Shown here: in pieces, positions 50,060-60,383 of the stretch
Numbering within the stretch: the stretch's first letter is position 1
Layout of the letters: the number at the start of each line of letters is the position of its first letter
From: Nitrospinales bacterium
Lineage (GTDB): Bacteria > Nitrospinota > Nitrospinia > Nitrospinales > VA-1
Direction of reading: 5' to 3'
DNA: 64,000 nt
Assembly (NCBI GenBank): GCA_965223345.1
Contig: CBDCWG010000012.1
Location: 800,001 to 864,000 of the forward strand
Position numbers and translations under genes: made by a program
The notes under the pieces: model-generated
The model's database searches: none
Told to the model about the DNA's origin: nothing
Seen by the model: the letters and a program-made list of their open reading frames with translations, nothing else

Positions 50060-50086
50060 AGATCGGCAAAATTTGCAAAATCTTGA
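50060..50086 (-). promoter_or_regulatory. Sigma28 (FliA)-type promoter for flaG
   Basis: Minus strand TCAAG-N14-GCCGATCT versus the consensus TAAAG-N14-GCCGATAA. Confidence 0.65.
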
Positions 50087-50369
50087 GCCGAAATTAAAAA
50101 ATAGTCGATTTTCGGCAAATTCTTATAAAATCGCAGTCTGGGGCCCGGTTTTCCGCCATGTGTCCGGGATCCGGCCGTTTGGGGGTGTTTGGGCCGCCCG
50201 GTTTGCGGTGTCCGGCAGGAGAATTGTTGAATTGCAGCGGGGAGTGGAGTAGGATGCGGGGTTCTTATTTCCTTGAAATTGATCACTTTACCGGCTGTCC
50301 GGGGAAGGTTTTTGCGCGCCGGGCGAGCGAGGATTCGGCGGCGGGCTTTGATCCCGATCGAGATCTGCG

Positions 50370-52160
50370 ATGAAGGATTTCCAGAAGATACTGCGTTACG
50401 CCCGGCCCTATAAAAAAAGCATCATCTTTGCTTTTCTGTGCCTGGTGCTGACGTCGGTGATCAACCTGATTCTGCCTTTGATCGTGCGCAACATGATCAA
50501 TGCGGTGGTGGTTCTGAAAAACAGCGGCCTACTCGACAGCCTGGTCCGCGACCTCTTCATCATCATTTTCTTTCAGGCGGCGTTCGCCGTCACCCACAAC
50601 TACGTTCTCGGTTTCGTCGGCCACAGGATGACGACGGATTTCAGGATCGAATTTTTTTCCCACATCCAGTCCCTGTCTCTGCGGTTTTTCCACAAGCGCC
50701 GGGTGGGTGAAATCCTGTCCCGCATGAGCAACGACATCTCGGTCATCCAGAACGCGCTCATCACCATTCCCGTGGCTCTTTTGCGGCAGACCATCACCCT
50801 GATCGGCGCGCTGGCCATCATTCTGTATTTGAACTGGAAGCTGACGGGGTTGATCCTGCTGGTGCTGCCGCCCCTCATGCTGTTCGCACGGGTTTTCGGC
50901 AAGCGGCTGCGCAAGCTTTCCGAGACGGTGCAGGACAAGCTGGCGCGGGCGGTGGTGGTGCTGGAAGAGACGGTGTCCTCGATCAAGGTGGTGAAGTCGT
51001 ACACGCGCGAGCCCTACGAGCGCAAACGCTTCGAAAAAAATATCGAGACCGCGTTCGACGATTCCGTCCGCAAGCTGCGGATCTCGGCTTTTTTCGGCCC
51101 GTTCATTCTCGGGCTCACCTTTTTTGTCTCCGGCCTGCTGGTCTGGTACGGGGGATACCAGGTGATGGACGGCACGACCACGCCGGGCGAGCTCGCGGCG
51201 TTTTTCCTGTACGGATTGATCATAGCCGGTCCCATTGGCACGTTCGTGCGTTTGTACACGCAGATCCAGGAAACGCTGGGTGCGGTGAAACGGGTCTACG
51301 AAATTCTCGACACGCAGCCTCTCATTCAAAGCCCGGAAAACCCGGTGCCCGTTCCTGACCTGAAAGGGCGGATCGAGTTCAAAGGAGTTCAATTCGGCTA
51401 CCAGAAAAACGCTCCCGTGCTCAAGGGCGTGAGTTTCGACATCGAGCCCGGAAAAACCGTGGCGCTGGTGGGTCCGAGCGGAGCGGGAAAATCCACCGTG
51501 ATCCAGCTATTGCACCGTTTTTTCGATCCGGATGCGGGCCAGGTGCTTTGCGACGGCCACGACATCCGCCAGCTCGATTTGAAACAGTACCTCGATCAGA
51601 TCGCCCTGGTGCCGCAGGAAGCCCTGCTGTTCGGCGGGTCGGTGCGGGAGAACATTCTGTACGGAAAACTGGATGCCACAGAAGAGGAACTCATCGCCGC
51701 GGCCCGTTCCGCCAACGCGCACGATTTCATCATGGGACTGGAAAACGGTTACGACACGCCGGTGGGAGAAAAGGGCGTCAAGCTGTCGGGAGGCGAGCGG
51801 CAGCGCATCGCCATTGCGCGCGCGATTCTGAAAAACCCGCGTATCCTGGTTCTGGACGAGGCCACCTCCTCTTTGGACAACCGTTCCGAATCGCTGATCC
51901 AGGAGGCGCTGGAGAATCTGATGGCCGACCGGACCACCCTCATCATCGCGCACCGCCTCAGCACGGTGCGCAATGCGGACAAGATCATCGTTCTCGATAA
52001 AGGGCAGGTGGTCGAATCGGGCCGGCACGAAGAGCTGATGCAAAACGAAAACCTGTATTACAATCTTTACACGCTGAAGATGCTTGAGATCCCGTCTCCC
52101 CCTGTCGAGGATTCCCTCGACGACACGGGATTCGGCTACCAAACCCAGAACGCGATTTGA
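50370..52160 (+). CDS. ABC exporter, fused permease/ATPase (MsbA-like)
   Basis: Six TMs, GPSGAGKST, LSGGERQRIAIARA, LDEATSSLD, IAHRLST. Confidence 0.92.
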   Translation: MKDFQKILRYARPYKKSIIFAFLCLVLTSVINLILPLIVRNMINAVVVLKNSGLLDSLVRDLFIIIFFQAAFAVTHNYVLGFVGHRMTTDFRIEFFSHIQSLSLRFFHKRRVGEILSRMSNDISVIQNALITIPVALLRQTITLIGALAIILYLNWKLTGLILLVLPPLMLFARVFGKRLRKLSETVQDKLARAVVVLEETVSSIKVVKSYTREPYERKRFEKNIETAFDDSVRKLRISAFFGPFILGLTFFVSGLLVWYGGYQVMDGTTTPGELAAFFLYGLIIAGPIGTFVRLYTQIQETLGAVKRVYEILDTQPLIQSPENPVPVPDLKGRIEFKGVQFGYQKNAPVLKGVSFDIEPGKTVALVGPSGAGKSTVIQLLHRFFDPDAGQVLCDGHDIRQLDLKQYLDQIALVPQEALLFGGSVRENILYGKLDATEEELIAAARSANAHDFIMGLENGYDTPVGEKGVKLSGGERQRIAIARAILKNPRILVLDEATSSLDNRSESLIQEALENLMADRTTLIIAHRLSTVRNADKIIVLDKGQVVESGRHEELMQNENLYYNLYTLKMLEIPSPPVEDSLDDTGFGYQTQNAI

Positions 52161-52185
52161 ACTCCTCCCATAGCTCCGCCACGCC

Positions 52186-54321
52186 ATGAACAAAATCAAA
52201 TTCCTGTTTGGCATCCACAATCACCAGCCTGTGGGTAATTTCGACCATGTGTTCGAAGAGGTGTACGAAAAATGCTACCGGCCTTATTTTGAGGTTCTGA
52301 GCGGGTTTCCCGAGCTCAAGACCGCCGTGCATTTTTCCGGGCCGCTGCTCGAGTGGCTGAAGGCGAACAAACCGGATTACCTGAAGATGATCCGCGGCAT
52401 GGCGGGCCGCGGTCATCTTGAGATCATGAGCGGCGGGTTCTACGAACCGCTGCTCTCCACGCTTCCGGAAGAGGACGCGGTCGGCCAGATCCGCATGATG
52501 AACGATTTCATCCGCGAGGAATTCGATTTCACGCCGCAGGGGCTCTGGCTGGCGGAGAGGATCTGGAACCCGGAGCTGCCGAAGATCATTTCCACAGCGG
52601 GCATCCGCTACACCGTGGTGGACGACACGCATTTTTATTATTCCGGACTGGAAGAAAGCCGCATGCAGGGCTATTTCATCACCGAACGCACCGGGCACCC
52701 GTTGTTTGTGTTTCCCATCAGCAAGCCGCTGCGCTACGCGATTCCCTTCAAGATGCCGGAAGAAACCCTGGCGGAGCTGCGCCGCGCGAAGGACGAGCTG
52801 GGATTCACCGGCGTCACGTATGCGGACGATGGGGAAAAATTCGGCAGCTGGCCGGAGACCCACCAGTGGGTGTACACCGAAAAATGGCTGGAAAAATTTT
52901 TTACGGCGCTCAGAGACAATGCCGACTGGGTGGAGACGACCACCTTCGCGGAATACATCGACCGGCACCCGCCCACGGGAAGGGTGTATCTGCCCATGGC
53001 TTCGTACGAAGAGATGATGGAGTGGTCGCTCACCACCGGTGCGGCGCTGAAGTTCAAACAGCTGAAAGAAGACATGAATGCGCGCGGGATCGGTGAGGAC
53101 CGGTTCAAGCTGTTTCTGCGCGGCGGGCAGTGGGACAATTTCCTCACCAAGTACGAAGAGAGCAACCACCTGCACAAACGCATGCTGCTGGTCAGCCGCA
53201 AAGTGAAACTGCTGGACCCAAACACGCAGCAGTCCAGTGGCGCGCTGAAGGCGCTGTACCGCGGCCAGTGCAACTGCGCGCAGTGGCACGGCCTGTTCGG
53301 CGGGTTGTATCTCAATTATCTGCGGCACGCGTTGTACCACGACCTGATCCATGCGGAGAACATCGCGGACGCCAAACTGAAGCAATCGTTTTCGGTGCAA
53401 AGCATCGATTTCAACCTGGACGGCAGGGAAGAGGTCTGGGTGGCCAATCCCAAGATGTCGGCCTTCGTGGCCCCCGCCTACGGAGGCGCCCTGCTGGAGC
53501 TGGACTACCGGCCGGCCTGCTTCAACCTGAGCAATGTGTTGCGGCGGCGCGAGGAGACCTATCACCAGAGTCTCAAGGAAGCCGCGCATGCCGAGCACGA
53601 GGACGGCGGCTCGCCGCAGTCGATCCACGACCGGGTCAAGTTCAAGGAAGGCGGACTTTCCGGCAAGCTGTTCTTCGACCGCTGGGAGCGGTATTCCTTT
53701 CTGGATCACTTTCTGGCCCCGGAAACCACGCTGGAGGATTTCAAGCGCGGCGCGTTTCATGAGGCCGGGGACTTCACGTCTGAAGAGTACGAAGTGCGCA
53801 CCCCCGTTCCCGGACGCTCCGCGAAAGAATTTGCGGTGAACCTGTCGCGCCGCGGGCGTGTCGAATCACAGGGGACGGCGGCCGCAATATCGATTCAGAA
53901 GGGGTATCATTTTTCCCGCAGCGAGGCCGAAATCCGCGTGCAGTACCGCATCGTCAACGAAAGCGAGCGGGCGGTGGCTTTGTGGTGGGGCGTGGAATTC
54001 AATTTCACGCTGCTCGCGGGCGACGCGCCGGACCGCTTTTATTTCCAGCCGGGCCAGGAGCTTGCGGAGAACCGGATGGTGAGCGAAGGGGAACTGCCTT
54101 CGGTAGCGAGCTTCGGTCTGCGCGACGACTGGCAGAAATTCGGCCTGCTGTTCACCTTCAAACCGGAGATGGATGTCTGGCGCTTTCCAGTGGAAACCAT
54201 CTCCCAGTCGGAAGACGGCATCGAACGCAACTACCAGGGCTCCTGCCTGCTGGCCCACCGCAAGCTCAACCTCGAGCCCGGAAAAAGCTGCGAGCAAACC
54301 CTGTATCTGAAAATTTCCTGA
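52186..54321 (+). CDS. GH57 4-alpha-glucanotransferase/alpha-amylase
   Basis: HNHQPVGNF, GGFYEP, GLWLAERIW, DDGEKFG.WP, QCNC..WHGLFGGLY, C-terminal beta-sandwich. Confidence 0.92.
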   Translation: MNKIKFLFGIHNHQPVGNFDHVFEEVYEKCYRPYFEVLSGFPELKTAVHFSGPLLEWLKANKPDYLKMIRGMAGRGHLEIMSGGFYEPLLSTLPEEDAVGQIRMMNDFIREEFDFTPQGLWLAERIWNPELPKIISTAGIRYTVVDDTHFYYSGLEESRMQGYFITERTGHPLFVFPISKPLRYAIPFKMPEETLAELRRAKDELGFTGVTYADDGEKFGSWPETHQWVYTEKWLEKFFTALRDNADWVETTTFAEYIDRHPPTGRVYLPMASYEEMMEWSLTTGAALKFKQLKEDMNARGIGEDRFKLFLRGGQWDNFLTKYEESNHLHKRMLLVSRKVKLLDPNTQQSSGALKALYRGQCNCAQWHGLFGGLYLNYLRHALYHDLIHAENIADAKLKQSFSVQSIDFNLDGREEVWVANPKMSAFVAPAYGGALLELDYRPACFNLSNVLRRREETYHQSLKEAAHAEHEDGGSPQSIHDRVKFKEGGLSGKLFFDRWERYSFLDHFLAPETTLEDFKRGAFHEAGDFTSEEYEVRTPVPGRSAKEFAVNLSRRGRVESQGTAAAISIQKGYHFSRSEAEIRVQYRIVNESERAVALWWGVEFNFTLLAGDAPDRFYFQPGQELAENRMVSEGELPSVASFGLRDDWQKFGLLFTFKPEMDVWRFPVETISQSEDGIERNYQGSCLLAHRKLNLEPGKSCEQTLYLKIS

Positions 54322-54390
54322 CCGGACTGGACGCAATCCGATCGATGCGGGACAGGTTGTTTGGGAGGTCTGCGGAATGGGTTGGAATCG

Positions 54391-54837
54391 TCAGGAATAG
54401 GAATGCGGCTCGTTGCCGAGGGTGTTGCCCGGATCGGCGCCGATGAGAAACCCGAACAGGTGCGCTCTTTTTTCCGGGTCACCCTGATTGTAAATCCGCA
54501 CCAGTTTGTCGATCAGATCCTTCAGTTTCGGGTCCTCGCCGTACTCGGCGCTTTCCTCCTGCGCCATCGGGGCATCGGCGGCCATCTTGTTATTGCCGCT
54601 GCGCTTCATCGGGCCCTGTCCGATGAGGAGCCAGATGATGTTGATGTTGGTGTTGATGTGAATTTTAGCGATCGTGTCGGCGGAGGGCAGGGATTTGTTG
54701 TTTTCGATGTCCGACAGCGATCCCTGGGAAATGTCGATCAGCTCGGCAAGCTCGAAGGATTTCAGCGGCAGGGACTTTCTCCATTGACGGAGCCGGTCTC
54801 CCAGAAAATTCGTAGGACCTGATCTTTTGTCTTGCAA
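54391..54837 (-). CDS. XRE/CI-like helix-turn-helix regulator
   Basis: GDRLRQWRK...ELAELIDISQGSLSDIENNKSLPS...WLLIGQGPM. Confidence 0.85.
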   Translation of the reverse strand: MQDKRSGPTNFLGDRLRQWRKSLPLKSFELAELIDISQGSLSDIENNKSLPSADTIAKIHINTNINIIWLLIGQGPMKRSGNNKMAADAPMAQEESAEYGEDPKLKDLIDKLVRIYNQGDPEKRAHLFGFLIGADPGNTLGNEPHSYS

Positions 54838-55314
54838 TATTCCGTTATCCGAATTATAGTGTTATTCTAGGAAGACTGTATCTTCACCAATCCGCAAGAA
54901 GTCACACCCGCCGCCGAAGCCGAAGATGGAGTGGTGTGAGAAATAACGATATTCCGAATTATAGCATCAAAGATTCGATCCTCTTAAAACTTTGTAGGTG
55001 AAGCAAGGACACGTTCCCTTCCTCAGCTTGCTTCGAGACTCCTTTATTCCGTGCATTTTTTCTTAAATAACCACGGGTTGGAACGCAGCCGGTTCCGATG
55101 CCGGCGTTCGCCGTGAACCGAAAAAAAATTCTCATCCCGGAAGACGTTTTCTCAGCAATCCGAGCGTTGTGTCGCAGGTTTTATTGTCAGGCACGCACTT
55201 TTTGCAGCTGCTGGTATTCAGGAAACGGCAACAAAGAAGCGCCTTAAGACTTTCGACATTCCGTAAAAAATTTCTGACAAAACTTCCGCGATCCAAAAGG
55301 ATTTGCCGTGAAGA

Positions 55315-56976
55315 TCACTCTCCGCGTGCGGTCTCGGGTTCTTTGGGCAACAGGATCTGAAACAGGCCGATCATCTCTTCAAAGCGGTAGTTGTCGGCGA
55401 TGAACCGAAACAGGACCGGCGCGTAGTTCGACAGGCGCCGCTCCTCCTTGCCGTCGATGGGGATGTCCACATAGACGATCAGCTGCGGCTGGGCCTGCTG
55501 CAGCTGCCGCACCACTTGTGTTTGTGCTGTTTCGTCCAGCATGCCGGGCAGGATCCAATCGTACGGGGTGGGGTTGATGCGGTCGGTGAGAAAGTAAAAC
55601 ACGGGATTCAGCGGCAGAGCCAGGATGGGGGCGCCCCGGTCGGTGTAGATCTCGATGCGATCGACGACTTCTTCCAGCCAGAGCGCTTCCGCGGGATGCG
55701 GCCGCACGTTCATGCGCGCCAACTCAACGGGACGCGATTCTTCTTTGAGAGCGCCGATGGAGCCGGCGTAAAAGCCGTGGTGGACGTTCATCTCATAGGC
55801 GAAAAGAAACGGCAGCGCAACGGCAAGCACATCGATCGCGGTTTTGCGCAGCAACACCACCGGATGCGCGGCGGCAGCCGCGAACGCCGGCCGGTTCTGC
55901 ATCCACCGGTGGGCGCGATGCAGGAGATAGCAGAACAGGATGTAAAACGGCGGCAGCGTGCGCAGCAGATTGTCGAAGCCGGCGCGCCAGATGACCAGGC
56001 CGTACACGCCCACACCGAAGCACAGCACGATGAACAGGTGCAGGTTTTCCCGTTCCGGAAAGGGCGCTCTCTTCAACAACCGGATGCCGATCAGGACGGC
56101 GACGCTCACATAGGCCCCGATTGGAAGATAAAACAGAACTCTCTCGAACAACTGATGCGGCCCCAGCTCCTTAAGGAGCGGGGTAAACGGCAGCAGCTTT
56201 GGAAACGGGTTGCCCCAGACCCGGTGCGCCTCGAACACCAGTTGAAACACCTTCTGCAGATAGTCGTTCCTGAAAAAAAACAGAGCGAGGGCGAAGAGCG
56301 GAGCCAGCAGCGCCAGGATGGAGACGAGGGTGGTTTTGCTTTTCAGCCGCAATGCGACGTGGGAGGCGTCTTCCCGTTGATCGCTGAATTTCAGGATCGC
56401 CGCCGCGGTTCCGCTCACCAGCAGAGCGATGAGCGCGATCTCGATTTTAAAAAAACCGCTCGCAAGGATCGCGGCGCAGACCATAAGCCAGTCCCGCGGC
56501 CGCCGTTTTGCCACCGCCTGCATGAGCAGGTACAGATTGAGAATGGCAAAAAACGGAAAGAAACGGTTGTAGTACATCGAGGGGGCGGAGAACATGCACA
56601 GCGCCGCCAGCAGGGCGAAGCCGGGCGGCATCAGTCTGCGCGCAGCGCCGTAGACCATGAGGACCATCGCGGGGGTGAACAGCAACACGGCGAGCCGCAG
56701 ACTCTGCACCTCGACGCCGAACAGTTTGAAGAACAGCGCGGCGTACAGGTAGCGGCCGGGCAGATAGCCGTTGGGATTGAAATCCTCCAACGCGCGTTCG
56801 CCGTTCAGGGTGCGCAGCGTGCCGTTGGCGAAGCCGCCTTCGTCCCAGATGTTGAAGCCGTATTGCGAGAAGGAATAGAAATAAACGGTCAGCAGAAGAT
56901 AGGCTGCGGCGAAGCGAACGAGTCGGGAGCGGGAGGCGACGGCGCGCAAACGGGCGAAGGGGGAGGCGGGGTCCAT
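55315..56976 (-). CDS. Polytopic membrane protein, GT-C/ArnT-like glycosyltransferase
   Basis: IWDEG acidic pair after TM1, DF..GYLPG, many TMs, C-terminal periplasmic domain with FYFLTDR.NPT. Confidence 0.65.
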   Translation of the reverse strand: MDPASPFARLRAVASRSRLVRFAAAYLLLTVYFYSFSQYGFNIWDEGGFANGTLRTLNGERALEDFNPNGYLPGRYLYAALFFKLFGVEVQSLRLAVLLFTPAMVLMVYGAARRLMPPGFALLAALCMFSAPSMYYNRFFPFFAILNLYLLMQAVAKRRPRDWLMVCAAILASGFFKIEIALIALLVSGTAAAILKFSDQREDASHVALRLKSKTTLVSILALLAPLFALALFFFRNDYLQKVFQLVFEAHRVWGNPFPKLLPFTPLLKELGPHQLFERVLFYLPIGAYVSVAVLIGIRLLKRAPFPERENLHLFIVLCFGVGVYGLVIWRAGFDNLLRTLPPFYILFCYLLHRAHRWMQNRPAFAAAAAHPVVLLRKTAIDVLAVALPFLFAYEMNVHHGFYAGSIGALKEESRPVELARMNVRPHPAEALWLEEVVDRIEIYTDRGAPILALPLNPVFYFLTDRINPTPYDWILPGMLDETAQTQVVRQLQQAQPQLIVYVDIPIDGKEERRLSNYAPVLFRFIADNYRFEEMIGLFQILLPKEPETARGE

Positions 56977-56985
56977 AGGCCGGGC

Positions 56986-58074
56986 CTAAAGGTGAGACTG
57001 CATTTCTTCCGCGAGCGTTTTGTGTTCTTGGACCAGCGACGGCAGATCCTGAATCCCGGAACCCACCGGCGGCATCTTCTTTTTGAGGGCGAGGATTTTT
57101 TCCACCGAGGATGCGATTTTTGCCTGCGGGATGCGCCCGGATTGCACATCCTGGATCATTCGATCCTGCAGCGCGCAGGTCTTCGGCAGGCTGTGGCAGA
57201 TGAGAAAAAGATCGATCCCCGCCTCGACGCCCAGAGCCGGATACGAGTCGAACGGCAGGTTGTCTTCCACCGCTTTCATCTCCAGATCGTCGGAGATGAG
57301 CAGCCCCGCAAAACCGAGTTTTTTTCTCAGAATGTCGTTGAGGATGGTGGGGGAGAAGGTGGCGGGCCGTTTCTCATCCCAGCCGGGATACATCACGTGC
57401 GCGGTCATGAGGATTTCCAGCCCGCCCTGGACGGCTAGGCCGAAAGGCACCAGCTCGACCGACTCCAGATCGGCGGCTTTTTTATCGACGCTGGGCAGGG
57501 TGAGGTGCGAATCCTGGCTGGTGTCGCCGTGACCGGGAAAATGCTTTCCGACCGGCAGGATGCCCGCCTCTTTGAACCCGCGCATGAAGGCCACGGCCAG
57601 CCGGCCGGCCCATTGCGGGTCGTCGCTCAACGCGCGCACGCCGATGATCGGGTTTTCCGGGTTGGTGTTGACATCGAGGATCGGGGCGTAGTCCATGTTG
57701 ATCCCCACCGCCGCCAGTTCTTTGCCCAGAGCGACTGCGAAGCGCTCGGCCAGCGATTCGGAGCGGGCCTTGCCGAGGCAGCAGGGGTGCGGGAACCGGG
57801 TGAAGGGCGGGCCGAGCCTTGAGACGCGGCCGCCTTCCTGGTCCACCGAAACGAAAAGCGGCGTGTGCGGCGGCGTTTCCAGGGCCAGGGCCTGCATGTC
57901 CGCGATGAGCCGGGTCAACTGGTCTGGCGTTTCGAAGTTGCGCTCGAAAAGGATCACACCGCCGATGCGGCGGTCTGTGATCAGCTCGCGGATCTCCGCG
58001 TTGAGGGCGGTGCCTTCGAACCCGGTGACCAGCATCTGCCCGGTGTGTTGTTTCAGTGTCTGTTGGGTGTCCAA
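56986..58074 (-). CDS. nagZ: Beta-N-acetylhexosaminidase (GH3)
   Basis: GGVILFERN, VDQEGGRV, APILDV, KHFPGHGDT..DSH, MTAHV, SDDLEM. Confidence 0.93.
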   Translation of the reverse strand: MDTQQTLKQHTGQMLVTGFEGTALNAEIRELITDRRIGGVILFERNFETPDQLTRLIADMQALALETPPHTPLFVSVDQEGGRVSRLGPPFTRFPHPCCLGKARSESLAERFAVALGKELAAVGINMDYAPILDVNTNPENPIIGVRALSDDPQWAGRLAVAFMRGFKEAGILPVGKHFPGHGDTSQDSHLTLPSVDKKAADLESVELVPFGLAVQGGLEILMTAHVMYPGWDEKRPATFSPTILNDILRKKLGFAGLLISDDLEMKAVEDNLPFDSYPALGVEAGIDLFLICHSLPKTCALQDRMIQDVQSGRIPQAKIASSVEKILALKKKMPPVGSGIQDLPSLVQEHKTLAEEMQSHL

Positions 58075-58475
58075 AGGGGCGTGGCTTTCGTGCTAAATTG
58101 TGGTCGATGCCAGGCCGTTCTGGGAAAGGGCGTGAGACATTCCGCCGGGATCCCGGGATCGATGCGCGTCATCGGGAAGAATCGCATTACGGGTATTGGG
58201 GCCGCTACGGGGCCGGCCGCCTGTCGGCCGCGGGTGTAAAGAATCCCGATCCCGTCCGACGGAGGTTTGAGGTCCCCTTTTCGGATGCGCCGAAGGCCCA
58301 ACGAAGTGATTTGCGGGGCATTGCCCGGTTTTGCGTCCCTATGGTAACATAACTGCATGGTTGGGAAATTTGCTTTTTTATGAGGACCTCTATCAATTCG
58401 ATCGGTTCTTTCAGGCAACGCCCTTTTCAGGGTTGCTCATGGTCCTATGCAATTCTTAGAGGTGCCCTTGTATAA

Positions 58476-59729
58476 ATGATGTCTCGTCGAGTGGTGATCA
58501 CCGGCATGGGAGCGATCAGCCCCAATGGTTCCGGTCTCAAACAATTCTGGGAAAACACATGCCAGGGGAAAAGCGGGATCGACCGCATCTCCAGCTTCGA
58601 TCCGTCGGGGCTTTCCTGCCAGATTGCGGGAGAGGTGAAGGCGTTCGACCCGGCCCTCTTTTACCCCAATTCCGAACTCAAAAAACTGCCGCGGGCCGTG
58701 CCGCTTGCGGTGGCGGCTGCGAAGGAAGCGCTGGATCATTCCGGCATCGACTTGAAAAGCTTTGAGGAGGAGGATTTCGAAAGCATGGGGGTGATGGTCG
58801 GCAGCGGCGGCGCCGGCTTCGACTTTTCCGAGAAACAGTTTGCAATCTATTATTCCGGGAAAAAGCACAAAGTCAGCCCGTATGCGATTTCCAATTCGCT
58901 GGTGGGGATGCTGTCCAGTGAGATTTCCATTTATTTCGGGTTTCAGGGACGCTCGCACGTGCTTTCCAACGGTTGCACCAGCTCCACCGATGCGATCGGC
59001 TATGCGTTCAATGCGATCCGTTCCGGCCAGGAAGACTGGTTCCTCTCCGGCGGGGTGGAGGCCTGTGTGACCCCCGCGTTCATGACGGGATTCGAACGGA
59101 TGAAAGCCAATCCGGTGCATTTCAACGACGACCCCACACGCGGGTCGCGCCCGTTCAACCGCGACCGCGAGGGATTCGTGCTGGCCGAGGGGGGCTGGAT
59201 GATGATTCTGGAGGATCTCGAACACGCCCGGCGCCGCGACGCTCCCATCTTCGCGGAAATTCTGGGATACGGCACCACCTGCGACGCCTATCACCGTGTG
59301 GCGATCATGCCGGACGGCAAACAGTCCACCCGGGCGCTCAAGCTCGCAATGAAGGATGCGCGCATCAACAAGGACGAAGTGGACTACATCAACTTCCACG
59401 GGACCTCGACGATCATCAACGACAAGATCGAGACCCACGCTGTCAAGCAGGCGTTCAACAGCCACGCGATGGACATCCCGGTCAGCTCCACCAAGTCCAT
59501 GGTCGGGCATCCGCAGGGGGCGTCGGGAGCGTTGGGGGTCACGGTCACGGGGTTGTCGCTGCACCACGGATTCCTGACCCCGACTATCAATATGGAAAAT
59601 CCGGATCCCGATTGCGATATGGATTATATTTCCAATGAAGGCAAAGAAAAGAAGATCCGCATCGGCATCAGCAACTGCATCTCCTTCGGGTCGAAAAACT
59701 CGGCGCTGGTGCTGAAAAAATTTCACTGA
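58476..59729 (+). CDS. fabF: Beta-ketoacyl-ACP synthase II-like ketosynthase
   Basis: RVVITGMG, active-site GCTSS, NFHGTST, STKSMVGH, SFGSKNS (Cys-His-His triad). Confidence 0.8.
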   Translation: MMSRRVVITGMGAISPNGSGLKQFWENTCQGKSGIDRISSFDPSGLSCQIAGEVKAFDPALFYPNSELKKLPRAVPLAVAAAKEALDHSGIDLKSFEEEDFESMGVMVGSGGAGFDFSEKQFAIYYSGKKHKVSPYAISNSLVGMLSSEISIYFGFQGRSHVLSNGCTSSTDAIGYAFNAIRSGQEDWFLSGGVEACVTPAFMTGFERMKANPVHFNDDPTRGSRPFNRDREGFVLAEGGWMMILEDLEHARRRDAPIFAEILGYGTTCDAYHRVAIMPDGKQSTRALKLAMKDARINKDEVDYINFHGTSTIINDKIETHAVKQAFNSHAMDIPVSSTKSMVGHPQGASGALGVTVTGLSLHHGFLTPTINMENPDPDCDMDYISNEGKEKKIRIGISNCISFGSKNSALVLKKFH

Positions 59730-59732
59730 CGG

Positions 59733-60353
59733 ATGAGAGGACGCATGCGAATACTCAGCGGTAAGAGATGGGCCGGAATCCTGGCGGTCGCACTGTGGGC
59801 GTTGGGGGGCGCCGGCTGCAGCTCGCTTGTGGGTGTGGATGTGACGGTGGTGGATCAGAAAACCGCTCTGGAAAACCAGATCCTCGGCAGCTACGAGGAA
59901 CTGGGAAACGAGATGCTGCTGCTCGCTTCAGTGCGGTCTGTGGATGAGGACGGGAAACTGAAGACGGTTGCGGAAATCCCGCCGGGCAAGATGGAAGCGA
60001 TCCGGGCGTTGCAGCGGCAGGAGTTCAACCGCGACGACATTCAGGCGTTCAAGGCGGACGGTGTGGCGGGCGAGGGAAACGAGGGACTGCTGGTTTTTTT
60101 CGAAACGGAAAAGACAAAGAGCGACCCGAAGTTCAAGGCTTTTGCCCAGTCGATCATCGCGGAGGAAAATGCCGACCGGCTGGCGATCCTGGAACGCACG
60201 GTGGCGACCAATGAAGCGTTCGCGGATGGAGACCTTCCCAAGGTGCAGAGAATCTTCGCGAGCCTGAACCGGGACAACGCCAAGCCCGGAGAAAAGATCC
60301 AGCTTGAAGACGGCAGCTGGAGCGTCAAAGGAACGCCCGCCAAACCCAAGTGA
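59733..60353 (+). CDS. YdbL/DUF1318-like lipoprotein
   Basis: Lipobox GAGC, KTALENQILG, GEGNEGLL, ENADR, PGEKIQ..DGSW. Confidence 0.7.
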   Translation: MRGRMRILSGKRWAGILAVALWALGGAGCSSLVGVDVTVVDQKTALENQILGSYEELGNEMLLLASVRSVDEDGKLKTVAEIPPGKMEAIRALQRQEFNRDDIQAFKADGVAGEGNEGLLVFFETEKTKSDPKFKAFAQSIIAEENADRLAILERTVATNEAFADGDLPKVQRIFASLNRDNAKPGEKIQLEDGSWSVKGTPAKPK

Positions 60354-60383
60354 CTTTTGCGGTCCGGTTGATCCGAAAACGGA

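Noticed and set aside
55188..55205. Possible sigma54 promoter (GGCACG...TTGC)
   Set aside because: GG-to-GC spacing is 12 nt rather than the required 10, and there is no downstream plus-strand gene.
54391..55310. Prophage remnant around the XRE gene
   Set aside because: No integrase, Cro, structural genes or att repeats are visible.
58080..58470. Long nagZ-fabF divergent intergenic region as an ncRNA
   Set aside because: Only weak hairpins; nothing I can assign to a family.
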